Source of the DNA: Tubiluchus corallicola
Taxonomy: Eukaryota; Animalia; Priapulida
Direction of reading: 5' to 3'
Length of the DNA stretch: 64,000 nucleotides
Assembly: GCA_030141605.1 (NCBI GenBank)
Contig: JAQGDQ010000004.1
Coordinates: 372,001 to 436,000 of the forward strand
The position numbers and the translations under genes are program-made. The notes under the pieces are model-generated. The model was not told where the DNA came from and searched no databases. It was given only the letters and a program-made list of their open reading frames with translations. Shown in pieces: positions 30,701 through 44,680 of the stretch (its first letter is position 1; each line of letters opens with the position of its first letter).

Positions 30701-31465
30701 TTTTGCTTAACATTCCCAATTAATCTGTGTTTTCTTCTGGGTTTTCAGAATACGCAGATAAAACGCCTACGCCTAGAACAGGTATTACGCGACCTACATT
30801 TAATGGGAAATCGGCAGTTGATAATCCGGAATATATGGATTCAACAGCAGGTGAAAAATAATGTCGATGTTACAAGCTTGTATTAAAAACTAAGCAGTAA
30901 AATGTGCTGCTTTAATCATTGTAGTATTACAGTTGCCACATAACATTTTTTTGGCACAATAATGACTTTCTTGCTATAATTTTCTGTATCAAGCCTCCTG
31001 GCACACCAGGGTAGGCTACCTTTTGGTATTTAATTGTAACGACACGTATGCTGCCTTATTTTAAAGCCGGCAATAGGACTGAAATGATTTTACTAAATTT
31101 GCTGAACTAACATGAATCATTTAGAGAAGTGGATTTAGTTTTTAAATTTCCCACTAGGATTAAAGACTGCTAGAAGAACTAAGAGTAACAAATGGATTCA
31201 GAAATACCGATGGCCATTTTGAGCTCAGTATCGACATAGGTTAACGTGCCATTATTTTTAAGTTGGTGTAGTTTAAGTGAATTCTTCCTTGCTTAACGAC
31301 CTTCTTCTTTCAGACCCATCAGAATCACAAAAACTTCGCTCCAGCAAAAGTGGCAGCACGAGTTCTGAAGCATCAACTCCCGACCATACATACTACAATG
31401 ATCCTATCACATCAAAGAAGGATCGGCATCTACTCAAACCACTTAAAAATGAAACATCTGTATGA
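6795..31465 (+). CDS. EGFR: Epidermal growth factor receptor (ErbB-family receptor tyrosine kinase), 23 coding exons, about 1450 aa
   Basis: Manual splicing; all introns GT-AG with consistent phases; 4353 nt total. Exons: 6795-6963, 10295-10524, 13331-13484, 13753-13881, 14961-15148, 16505-16646, 16929-17039, 19960-20068, 20659-20835, 22493-22698, 23311-23443, 23885-24082, 24440-24626, 24919-25268, 25583-25952, 26534-26783, 26935-27026, 27339-27561, 27770-28083, 28887-29064, 30141-30329, 30749-30850, 31314-31465. Signal peptide [19 protein letters not shown]; L domains ([17 protein letters not shown]; [11 protein letters not shown]); furin-like Cys-rich domains; [26 protein letters not shown]; kinase motifs [37 protein letters not shown]; tail with EEYL, NPEY, YYND and C-terminal ETSV. 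Confidence 0.97.
18140..18640 (-). mobile_element. Possible heavily decayed hAT (Buster/Charlie-like) transposase fragment in EGFR intron 7
   Basis: Minus-strand translations give, in the expected order, QAICL..DKGFA (zinc-finger-like CxxC), [15 protein letters not shown] (like ASY.V...IAK) and QIDKT (like QLDES). Many stops and frameshifts; no TIRs found. Confidence 0.3.
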
Positions 31466-33124
31466 AGCCAAGTTTTGTACATATGCGACTCTTGTTAGAA
31501 GTGTTTAGTGATGCAAGACAGCAACGAAGTTCTTTCTGATGTCAACCATTGAAAATCAGTATTCTTGTTTCATTTTGAAACCAAATTTATTATTTTGTAA
31601 ATGTTGTAAATATGAAAATAGATTATTTTTAGCTCGTTATATTTTTATACTGACAAGTTGACCACTGCTATACTTTTCTGCAATTCACCTGTATGGGTAT
31701 GTCAGCTAGTGTATTATAACATCTTAAATTATGAAAAGATTTGGCCTCTTGTTAAATGCTTTATTGTTTTGAATTTTCATTTCAATTTCACATTAACAAA
31801 TCAGCCCGGATTATGCTGTATGACTGCTTTTGTTGCTTGTATAGATTTACGTTAACATATCTTTAATTTCATGCACGTGGTATAACTATGTTTTTGTGAC
31901 TTAATTATTTGACAAGTGAACACGTTTCTGCAGTTTTTGAAACAGTTTGGCAGTCTAGAAGGTCGTTAGAATATTGTTTTTATGTAGCTTGTTTAGTAAT
32001 TTTACAATTGTTTTAGTTCTTGTTATTTTTGTACATACGTAAGACATTCTATATATGCCATTATTTAGAATCATGTATGTAATACTGAAATGCATGAATT
32101 ATAGTAAATGTACATTGTTAAAGATAATCATGCTGTATGTATAATGTACATAAAAAAATTTTGTAAACTAAAAGAAATATTATATTAATATAATAAAGAC
32201 CAAAGTAATTATAGAACTGACATGCAATGTATACTCTAATGCTTTTTTCGCAAACTTGTCGTTGATGTGAAATTTTCATTAACTTGTTTAAACCAGTTGT
32301 CAGAGAGTACCTTATCTGGGAATCTATTGGTGATAAAGCTCAGCAATAAATGCTCCTGCACAAATTATGAATTTAAATAATTCATGGTCATGCAGAGATA
32401 TAGACATATAGAGTTGTTGCTGGCATTAGAGCAGTTGAATGGCATGCCACTGAATGCTTTTTTTCTTGTCGAAAATGGAAGTTTCCATTTATGTTTATTT
32501 TTGGTGTCAGTTTATCAAGCTATTATCAAAATAGTGTTCTGTCATTACCAGGCCATCATACATTAAAGATAAAAAACGTTCTTGAGAACTGCTTTTTCCA
32601 TATGGACACTCTGCTCAAAATCGTCTGTTTTGTATAAAGAGATTGCATTCAACAGCATATTCACTATTGCTAGTGATATTTTATACTCTCAGAAAATAAA
32701 ATACCAGAGGTTTTCAAGGCGTTTAGGTTCAACTTGCGTTCGTTTTCATACTTTCAGAAAATAGAGTACTAAAGGTTTTCAAGTCATCTAGGCTCAGCTT
32801 GTTCTTTTCTCTGAAAAATTGCCAGAATTTGCTTCCTTGTCTGAAAATATTATCAAGTTGACAGCATGCAAAAAAGTCACAAAAATACATTATATGCAAT
32901 ATAGCAAGTATGGTGTGAAGCTTTGCCCTGGTATGAGCAGTGAACTCGGCCTTTGAACCTTGGTTTGCAGTAGCAATAAAGTGTTTCAAAAAGCATTCAA
33001 AGCAAAATAAAAAAGTCTTTAAATTAAATTAAAGAATTAAAATGAAATCTTTATTTATTCCGAAAAAAAGCAGTATGATGAACGGAAGACGTTTTAAAAA
33101 ATCATGATAGTAAAACCATTTTTA

Positions 33125-36557
<3,433 letters not shown>

Positions 36558-37009
36558 TTTGACAAACTTTGAGGAAAGTCAAAAACTAAAAATTGGAAAA
36601 GGATTCAAATCAATTAGCCTGGATCTGCGTAACGAAGTCCTAGCAAACTGAGAGAGGCGGGTAAAACCTTTAACCCGGCTTATGTACCAAAATGCGAGGT
36701 GGGCCCGTTCACGTGACATCACGCATGCCTGCACCATGTTATAAAAGCTGTTTAGTTTAGTGAGATGGACGTGGCGGTAAAGCAGTGGCATAACTAAGGG
36801 CCAGTAAGGGGGCATTTTTCAGAGGTCGTCACTTTGATAAAGTTCACTGAAAAAGTCGAATGTGTTGGAACAGAAGAAAGGTGTTATAAAATTCGCATAG
36901 TGCACGTACAGTAGGTAAATCATCACCCTCTCGTCCATTTCTCATTCCTGTGCTCATCATTTTTTTCTTTAAATTATCTTTTCTGTTCATTCATGCCATT
37001 TATTAAGTT

Positions 37010-37152
37010 AACCATGCACAGGTTTTCTTATAGTGTTGACTTGATGTGTCTTCATGTGCTGATGATTTAATAAATTTTGTATGTTACATATTGTTCTTAT
37101 GTAAGCGAATACATTGGCATTGTATATAATAAATATAAATCTAATCTAATCT
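37010..37152 (+). mobile_element. Probable LINE 3' end remnant with AATAAA and (AATCT)n tail
   Basis: ADDLINFVCY-like terminal peptide followed by aataaatataaatctaatctaatct, typical of L2/CR1-group 3' ends. Recognised by pattern only. Confidence 0.35.
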
Positions 37153-38201
37153 GAATAATCGTTGTCTAGTTTACGGGTCGATTATTGTTGTAGACGTAGT
37201 AACATATAACTTGTTTGCCATAATACCACGTCTTAGAAATCGTTCAAGTTTGCAGATCAGCCAGCATTCAGTTTGCACTACATATGCGTGGAATAGTGAA
37301 AGCTCATAAGCAGATGAATCTTTGCCAATTTAGTGATGCTTTACTCAAGTGTGACTTGTATATGTTTGTGACCATTCTTTCTTTAAATTTTCGAATCTAG
37401 TAATCCGTGAAATTTTATCAAAGGTACGACGAGCATTATACATATTTTGATTGCAAATGTATACATTTACATTCTGTTAGTCGCAAAAAAGCTTATGCGT
37501 TCACTTAAAGGAAGACAGGATGATTTTTCATATGCTACCCGATTTTCGAGTATGGTAAAAAGTATACATTTTAACATAATTAGTACTGCAAAAGCATTTC
37601 TGGTAATTAAATAATAGATTAAAAACTTAATTAAATGCGGGCGAATATAAAAACCACCTTACAAAAGAAATACTAGAATCTTAATTGAAAATTCTAACAG
37701 ATTGACTTTATTTTCTTCTTTAAATATCTTTATACAAATTTTTAAATTGCATTGTATTTGCATTAGATTTTTCAGACACCGGAGTGCCTGAAATGGTGGC
37801 AACCAGACGCTTTGATATATGACGGACATAAAATAACGTGGTCACAGTAGGCTCTGAGGGACCCTTTTGTCCCACCTTACTCTACTGTTGAAAAATTGTG
37901 AAACAAAGGAACATAATAATTACTAGGCTTAATTTAATAATATCCTTGTAATATTTACATAGTTTTTCTTTTATTTGTTTTCAAAATTTCTGCTGATTGC
38001 GCTTCTTGAGTTAAAGGCTAACTGCCAGGTCAAAAAAGTTTTGCAGCTTTGTGCAGATTCATGTTGTAAGAAACTCCGCAATTATTAAAGATAGCTCATT
38101 TGTCTTGAATCTTCGTAGTTTTATCAAACCATATTTTTTTCTCAGTTTCTGTAAATTCACATCATGCTGGGCGCTAGAAAAATTTAACTATTATTAAACC
38201 T

Positions 38202-38312
38202 ATGATTGGCTATCGTTGTGACGTAACTACCATTTATAAAGCGATGATTAGCTATCGCTGTGACGTAACTACCAATTGCTAAAGCGATGTTCGGCTATCG
38301 TTGTGGCATCAC
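38202..38312. repeat. Tandem repeat, 42-43 bp unit, about 2.6 copies
   Basis: Copies start at 38202, 38244 and 38287; unit ATGATTGGCTATCGTTGTGACGTAACTACCATTTATAAAGCG. Confidence 0.9.
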
Positions 38313-38361
38313 AAAAATCCAGAGGTGTTCGAAGATCTGATCTTTTGCAGGCGATTGTAGA

Positions 38362-38415
38362 TTAGGGTTAGGGTTAAAGTTAGGATTAGGCTTAGAGTTA
38401 GGTTTAGGGTTAAGG
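38362..38415 (+). repeat. Degenerate interstitial (TTAGGG)-like array, 9 units
   Basis: ttaggg ttaggg ttaaag ttagga ttaggc ttagag ttaggt ttaggg ttaagg in perfect 6-bp register. Confidence 0.9.
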
Positions 38416-40449
38416 TATTTTTGTAATTGCAGGGTAAACTCCTTCATAAATATATGATAGTTTTTTAGACACAGGTATGCTGGCTACTGATTCTCAAAAA
38501 AACTTCCAAAATGTGGCAGTTGTCCTTTCCTGCTTGTAGGGAGAATTTATTTCTTCCTAAACAAATTTTCCAGTAGAGTTTTATCACTTTATCTCCACAA
38601 CTGCAACGCGCCACCGTTGAATTTCACAAATCGAAAATCACAAGGATATTGCTACGTAGTATTTTTCGTGGAGGGCGGCAAACTCAAGCGCCGCGCCGTG
38701 CGCTACAAACTCTAAACCACTGGCGTAAAGTACACCACACGAAGTCGATGTGAAATTTGCGCATTCTGACAGAGAAGATACGCGTTATTAATTTAGCACC
38801 AACTTGCGCATCCGGAAGATTCTACGATATCATGTTGGTATGAATTCTAGGCTCGTGTAGACTCTAGGGAATTCAATAAGAGGCGCTCCCTTCCATTTTT
38901 CATGTAACAGCAAATCAAAGGAAATTCTCTTTGAGCCAGAAGCGCCTTTGACAAAAGTTCTGAAAATTATTCACAATAAGTAGTTCGTCTTAAGAAAAAA
39001 TGAAAGACCTTCAGAAGTTGGAAAAATATAACAACTCTTGATGAACTCTCCAATTTAAAGAGATTGCGAAGTCATTATTTGAAATTTGGAAAGAGGTTCT
39101 ACAAATCACTAGGTTTCTTCTGCCGCTTCACCTTTTTTCCAAAGATTAAGAATTCCAATTTGCTCAAAACTTTGTCAGTCTTTAAGGTTTGATATCGATA
39201 TTTTACCACAGCAGACCTCTGCAATAAACAATGATTATGGAATTCATTTTAATACAGAACTAATTATTGCATGTCAGTTAATTGCAGCAACCACCGATTC
39301 AAGGGGCACACTTCACTTGAATACACACTAAACAATAATAGCCAGACTCGAAATTGCTGTTAATAAGCATGCTGAAACTTTAATAGTTGCTCTATAAAAT
39401 CTAATAGCAGTAATACGTATTCTAAGAGAAAAAGTTGGCAAAATGCTCTTTTATGAAACACGAGCTTAAATCACTTGTTATAACGAGCGTTTTTCGTCTC
39501 TTGCGTTAGTTGTCACATTAATTATTGTGTAACTATTTATTTTACATTATACGTTAAGATATAACATACGTCCGTCAAAATATGCATGTCGCCTCAGGCG
39601 AGACATTGCTAAAAACTTGGTAAAAAGGGACTTTTGGCGAACTGGCGTGTAATTATTTCTTACTCTTATTCAGCTTGATAATTATGGTTTCTGGGCTTAG
39701 TTCATTTCTGAAAACTGTGGTCTTTTTTGGAAAAATCGAAGTTTCCAACAATAATTAAAGTGCATATTAAAAAAGTTATGTCGACACTGCATGTAAGAAA
39801 TGCGTTTTGTTTGCCTTATTCTTTAAAATTGTTTTTGTACAGTTTGGTACATAACAACAAGGAAGATAGTTAGCCTTCCAAGACATGGCCTACATAATGT
39901 GGGCATATATGGCCTGAACCCTGGCTTACTATCAAGGCTACGCCTCCAAGATGGGATGCTGAACAAGCAGAATCAAGTTCGGATTTCTGTGCACTCGCTG
40001 CCCCAGTTTGGCTCGTCGAGGGTAAACAGCTAGAATAACAGTAGCGAACGAAACCATTTAGACGAATACTAAATCGATGTGCCCGTTCATCCAACAATTA
40101 ACTCACCTATTACACAAGTAACTACTCGGTAATTCACCTCGCCTATGAACTGATTAATTAAATTCTGGTAAATGAAGCTGAATTATTAATATTTTATGCG
40201 TCATTTCAGAAAAAGACAATAATGGCAGTTGTAGATAGCCACGCATAACTTATTTTTAAAAAAAACTTGCTCAGGCTGTTTTATTTTTAAAGTGTGCGAT
40301 GTAGCTTACAATATAGCTCGTTTACGTTTTTGTTTATGTGTTCATTTATTTATTTAATTATTTATTTATTTAGCCCTAGATTGCAACAAATGATCTTACA
40401 ATGACAATTTTTTAAAAAAGTCATGACATTTCGGTAACTTATTCTAATC

Positions 40450-40482
40450 GTTTCTATGTAAATGCAATGTTGTCATGACAGC
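40450..40482. promoter_or_regulatory. Pair of RFX X-box-like motifs upstream of the 1279-aa ORF
   Basis: GTTTCTATGTAAAT (40450-40463) and near-palindromic GTTGTCATGACAGC (40469-40482); each matches 11/14 to GTTTCCATGGAAAC and GTTGCCATGGCAAC respectively. Confidence 0.4.
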
Positions 40483-40840
40483 ATTGGAAGCCACAAGGAG
40501 CTGCGGCACACAGCAATTTCTAAACCGGTAAAACTGGTTAGACGTCAGACTTCAGAAATGGCAAAAAAGATAATATGTAGCATTGATCAACAAAATATAT
40601 CAGGAGCCATCTTGTAGGAAAAAGCAACACGAAAGCTGACTACCTCGAAGCTGCTGCACTACTCGGATAAATTAGAAGTGTTGTATGTTAGAGTAACTAG
40701 AGTAACTCTCGCGCTCACAGAAAAGAAATCGTTAAAATCTTCTTCATACATCTTCCATAAATTATATTAGTAATCGACAAAACGGTAGCAGGACAGACGG
40801 GTTACTGCCGAAAAAGAAGTCTTTAAAATCTACTTCCAAC

Positions 40841-43800
40841 ATGTTACACAAATTAGATCGGAAACCAGATGTAGCGAAACGCTATCAGGAGAAGGACACC
40901 AATCGGCAAAGCAAATCGCAAAAAGAAAAAAAAGCAATAAAGTCTACTTCGAAAGTCGTACACAAAACAAACCAGATGTCAGAAATTGCGAAATGTTACA
41001 AAACTCAAAACACTGTTCGAGATGACCGGTTACAGAAGGAAAAGAAAGGTATAAAATCTACTTCGAAGCTACGACACAAAACAGATCAGAGATCAGAAAT
41101 CGTAAAACAACGTGTGGCCAAAAGCATTAAGCGAGATAGTCAGTCAGAAATACCAAAGAAAATGCCGAGTTCGAGACCAGCTGGCAGATCGGTTCACTTA
41201 GCACAAACACCAGAAACTTCAGACCGAAAGCACACTCAAGAACAAAAACTGACTATAATAGTTGCTTCAAAAGGTCAAAAGCATTTCCCAACACACAGGC
41301 ATGGGAAGCTTTACAGCCCCATCCGAAAGGGATACTTGAGACCAAAAACATTTTTTGATATTAAAAAAGCTGAGCACAACATGGTTAGTAGTAATGTTGC
41401 ACGTGCTATACGTACGCCGATTGAACAACGAAAAATTTCCCCGCCATTACGTGATCTGTTACAGAAAAAACCATTTCAGCAGTGGCTGCGAAATATCTAT
41501 CTGCTCGACCGACATTCCAGGTGTTTTGATAATAATGTACAGTACTACCAACGTGGGCAATGGACTTATTCATGGAGATATTTTCATAGTAACATTTCAG
41601 ATCAACCAAATGGATTACTCAGTGCTGCACAGAAGGCAGGCTTGCTACCAAGTGTTGATCTACGTGCTGCACAGCATGCAGGACTTGTGCCTCAAATAGG
41701 CTCGCCAGTTACATTGAAAGCTAGTCTTATGGAGAGAACTGACTTGGTTGGTACTCAGCAAGTTGAACTTGTGCCAAAAATTGACGTAGCTACCGTAGAG
41801 CAGGCAGGGGTTATGCTAAGGTTTGATCAAACTGGGAAGTTGTCACAAATTGCTCTTGCAATTACCCAACAAGCTGGAATTGCAGCGCAAATTGACTTTG
41901 CTGCAGCGTTGCAGGCCGGCTTTGTGTCACACACCAATAATGTTGCTGCAGGACACACTGGATATGCACCGCAAACTGATCAGGCTGCTACACAGCAAGC
42001 TCAACTGGTTCCAAGTCTTAACTTATACTCTGCTCAGCAACTTGGTCTTTTACCATACCTTGATCTACAGGCTGCAGATGATGCTGGATTACTATCAAGC
42101 CTCGACCTTTCCACGGCTATAAAACAAGCTAAGCTTTTTCCGCATCTTGACTTGGTTACTGCCCAGCAAGCTGGTATTTTGCCACTTCTAGACTTGCATG
42201 AAGCACAGCATGATGGACTTCTGTCACATATCGATAAAGCAACCACTCATCAAGCTCGTCATCAAAGCATACAGCAGTTTCCTCCAGGGCGCTATGAGCT
42301 ACCATACGCTCATATTAGCATCTACAAACCTTCACCACGTACATTATATCAAAAACCATGCACCCCACCCAAAAAGAAAAAAATGTCTCTGATTTATGTT
42401 GATGGAAAACTTTTAGAAGTAGCAACTGAAACATTCTTCCAAGCTCTCACTGCTGTTAAAGCTACAGAAGAAGAAAAGCACATACAATATAAAAAAATTT
42501 CACTTCATGAATTTATTAGATGCTATAGTGATGTTGCTGAATACCAAAAAATGCCCCTTACCGCAGCTGAAGAAGATACGTCTTTGGGTGAAGAGCAGGA
42601 AACTGACAGAGATGACATCGAAAAATTGCTTGGTCTTTCAACTACTAGAAAGTCCTACCCAAAATTTGATCAACTTCCAGGAGCAGTAGATGGAGAGCAA
42701 GTATCATTTCAACCTACAGTTTCTGAGGATCAATTTGCTGTACCACCTGATTCACAGTTGCTAACTACTAGAACGTACCCAGAATATGATAAAAAAGGAG
42801 CAGTTGATAAAGAACGATTACCATCTGAACCTGTAATTGTTATAGATCAGTTAGCTAGTCCAACTGATTTAGCATTGCCGCTATCAGCATCACAACCGCT
42901 AAAACCAGATTCTATTGAAAAATTTAAAGAAATCCTTGCCAGTTCTGTTCAACATGCTGTTGCAATACAACCAGTACCCAGATTAGTTACTGTTCTATCA
43001 AGAGATTCTTTTACACCGGCACAAATGGAGGTATTCCTAAAAGCTTTATCAGTTGAAAAGGTGCCATCGTCAACGTTCACTACAGTAAGCAAGTCATCTA
43101 CTCATTCATTATTTGAAGCAGATTCATCAGCACCCAAAGACATCAGTTTATCAGCTGAAGATTTACTAGAAAGCACAAAACCGTACTCCGTTTCAGAACT
43201 ATCTACTGATCTGAAACCAAAAATAAGTAAAGAAGCTCTCGTCCACGAAGAAATTTCGAAAACTAAAACAGATGCAACCGAGATAGCTTTTGCAAAACTT
43301 TCTGAAACAAGCTTACCTTCGGCAAAAGCAAGTGAGATTGTAGCTGATGAGCCGAAGGAAGACAGGAACATGCGATTGACCAGAAGTATGCCGGCAAAGG
43401 AAATTATGTCAAAGGTCACAATGAAACGCCAGTCTGAACCACTTGCTCCTAAACCAAAACATATATGCTCACACGAAAAGGGAAGAGTGTCATATGATTT
43501 GGGTGGTATTATTCGAAAACGAAGCAGTGGATCATCAAGATCATCATCAAGATCAAAAACAAGTGTACCACTCTATGATTTTGGCCAAATTAAAAACTCC
43601 ACTGACATGATTATTAATGAAGTTATAAGTGAAGAGCTACCTGACATCGTCCTTGTCGAATTTACTTCAACTGCAGACGAGACAATCTCTGATGATGAAA
43701 TGGAGAAACTTAAACCTGTGATCATAACTCATAAAGCTAGAAAAAAAGCACGGTTTATGATAGATCGGATGTCATTGCAATTTTACCCAAAAGTTAAAAA

Positions 43801-44680
43801 GAGTGAGACGACAATGGCAATAATGAAAGAACCTCTTCTTGATGCTGCACCTGAATTCATTCAGATGCATCGAGAACTATTGGACGAATTGTCTAGTCCA
43901 CAAAATGTTAGTCGATTTACCTTGCCAATGGATCTTAAAGAACTTGAGTCTATGAGTCCAATGGACTACATCAATAACTACTGTAAGATCGTTTCTTACA
44001 AAGAGAATCACCTATATAAAATATTTTCTAAATTTAAAGATACAATACTAGGAACAATGCCAGCAAGACATCTTGGAAAGGCACTGCAGATTGTGTATCC
44101 AGACGTGATACACACCATGCCATGGCAGACAGCTGCTCGTTTAATAGGAATTGTACGTGACATCCCAATAAACTTTAGGACATTCGCGGGCCTCTGCATT
44201 TTGTCCGAAAAAATGTATTGGAGTCGAGATGATACCTTCCACGAAAGATACCCTAGAAGACTTCCACAAGATCAGCTCGAACGAGTGGATTTTCACTGTC
44301 TCCAAGAAAAGCTCAATGGATTGGTGGTTTCTCCGGGGACAATCAAACTATTGCGCACCATTGCTTCTGCCGTGGACAGGCATCAGGTATTTGAACGACC
44401 AACATGTATCGATAACATACCAGCGATTCACACACACTCTACAAGAATCATTGCGGAGCTTACGCGCAGCAAATGCGGCGTGGGCATGCCTACAAGTAGC
44501 TTGGCTACTTCCACATGTAGCATAAATACGACGACAAGTAACATGGATGTACCTACATGGAGCTTGGGACGACCTAAAAGCAGCACTACTGTGCCTACAT
44601 GCAACACTAATAGATCTACAAGAAGTTTAGTCAGACCTAACAGCAGCACGAGTTTGATTAAAAGCAGCTATGATGGCTAA
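40841..44680 (+). CDS. Uncharacterised 1279-aa protein: basic N-terminal repeats, 14-aa repeat array, acidic/Ser-rich middle, C-terminal EF-hand-like module
   Basis: A 3.84-kb stop-free frame in AT-rich DNA is very unlikely by chance. Repeats keep codon register. No RT, integrase or transposase motifs. Globular-looking segment RFTLPMDLKELESMSPMDYINNYC..LYKIFSKFKD..INFRTFAGLCILSEK..LERVDF. AATAAA near 44804. The true start is uncertain. Confidence 0.85.
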   Translation: MLHKLDRKPDVAKRYQEKDTNRQSKSQKEKKAIKSTSKVVHKTNQMSEIAKCYKTQNTVRDDRLQKEKKGIKSTSKLRHKTDQRSEIVKQRVAKSIKRDSQSEIPKKMPSSRPAGRSVHLAQTPETSDRKHTQEQKLTIIVASKGQKHFPTHRHGKLYSPIRKGYLRPKTFFDIKKAEHNMVSSNVARAIRTPIEQRKISPPLRDLLQKKPFQQWLRNIYLLDRHSRCFDNNVQYYQRGQWTYSWRYFHSNISDQPNGLLSAAQKAGLLPSVDLRAAQHAGLVPQIGSPVTLKASLMERTDLVGTQQVELVPKIDVATVEQAGVMLRFDQTGKLSQIALAITQQAGIAAQIDFAAALQAGFVSHTNNVAAGHTGYAPQTDQAATQQAQLVPSLNLYSAQQLGLLPYLDLQAADDAGLLSSLDLSTAIKQAKLFPHLDLVTAQQAGILPLLDLHEAQHDGLLSHIDKATTHQARHQSIQQFPPGRYELPYAHISIYKPSPRTLYQKPCTPPKKKKMSLIYVDGKLLEVATETFFQALTAVKATEEEKHIQYKKISLHEFIRCYSDVAEYQKMPLTAAEEDTSLGEEQETDRDDIEKLLGLSTTRKSYPKFDQLPGAVDGEQVSFQPTVSEDQFAVPPDSQLLTTRTYPEYDKKGAVDKERLPSEPVIVIDQLASPTDLALPLSASQPLKPDSIEKFKEILASSVQHAVAIQPVPRLVTVLSRDSFTPAQMEVFLKALSVEKVPSSTFTTVSKSSTHSLFEADSSAPKDISLSAEDLLESTKPYSVSELSTDLKPKISKEALVHEEISKTKTDATEIAFAKLSETSLPSAKASEIVADEPKEDRNMRLTRSMPAKEIMSKVTMKRQSEPLAPKPKHICSHEKGRVSYDLGGIIRKRSSGSSRSSSRSKTSVPLYDFGQIKNSTDMIINEVISEELPDIVLVEFTSTADETISDDEMEKLKPVIITHKARKKARFMIDRMSLQFYPKVKKSETTMAIMKEPLLDAAPEFIQMHRELLDELSSPQNVSRFTLPMDLKELESMSPMDYINNYCKIVSYKENHLYKIFSKFKDTILGTMPARHLGKALQIVYPDVIHTMPWQTAARLIGIVRDIPINFRTFAGLCILSEKMYWSRDDTFHERYPRRLPQDQLERVDFHCLQEKLNGLVVSPGTIKLLRTIASAVDRHQVFERPTCIDNIPAIHTHSTRIIAELTRSKCGVGMPTSSLATSTCSINTTTSNMDVPTWSLGRPKSSTTVPTCNTNRSTRSLVRPNSSTSLIKSSYDG

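Noticed and set aside
36700-36750. TCACGTGA E-box and TATAAAA near the tubulin 5' end
   Set aside because: The TATA-like motif points away from the gene, and single short motifs are expected by chance.
38202-38312. CRISPR-like appearance of the 42-bp repeats
   Set aside because: Head-to-tail tandem units without unique spacers, no cas genes, animal genome.
38900-39560. Coding-like composition, possibly a decayed transposase
   Set aside because: No ordered motifs, TIRs or long frame could be established.
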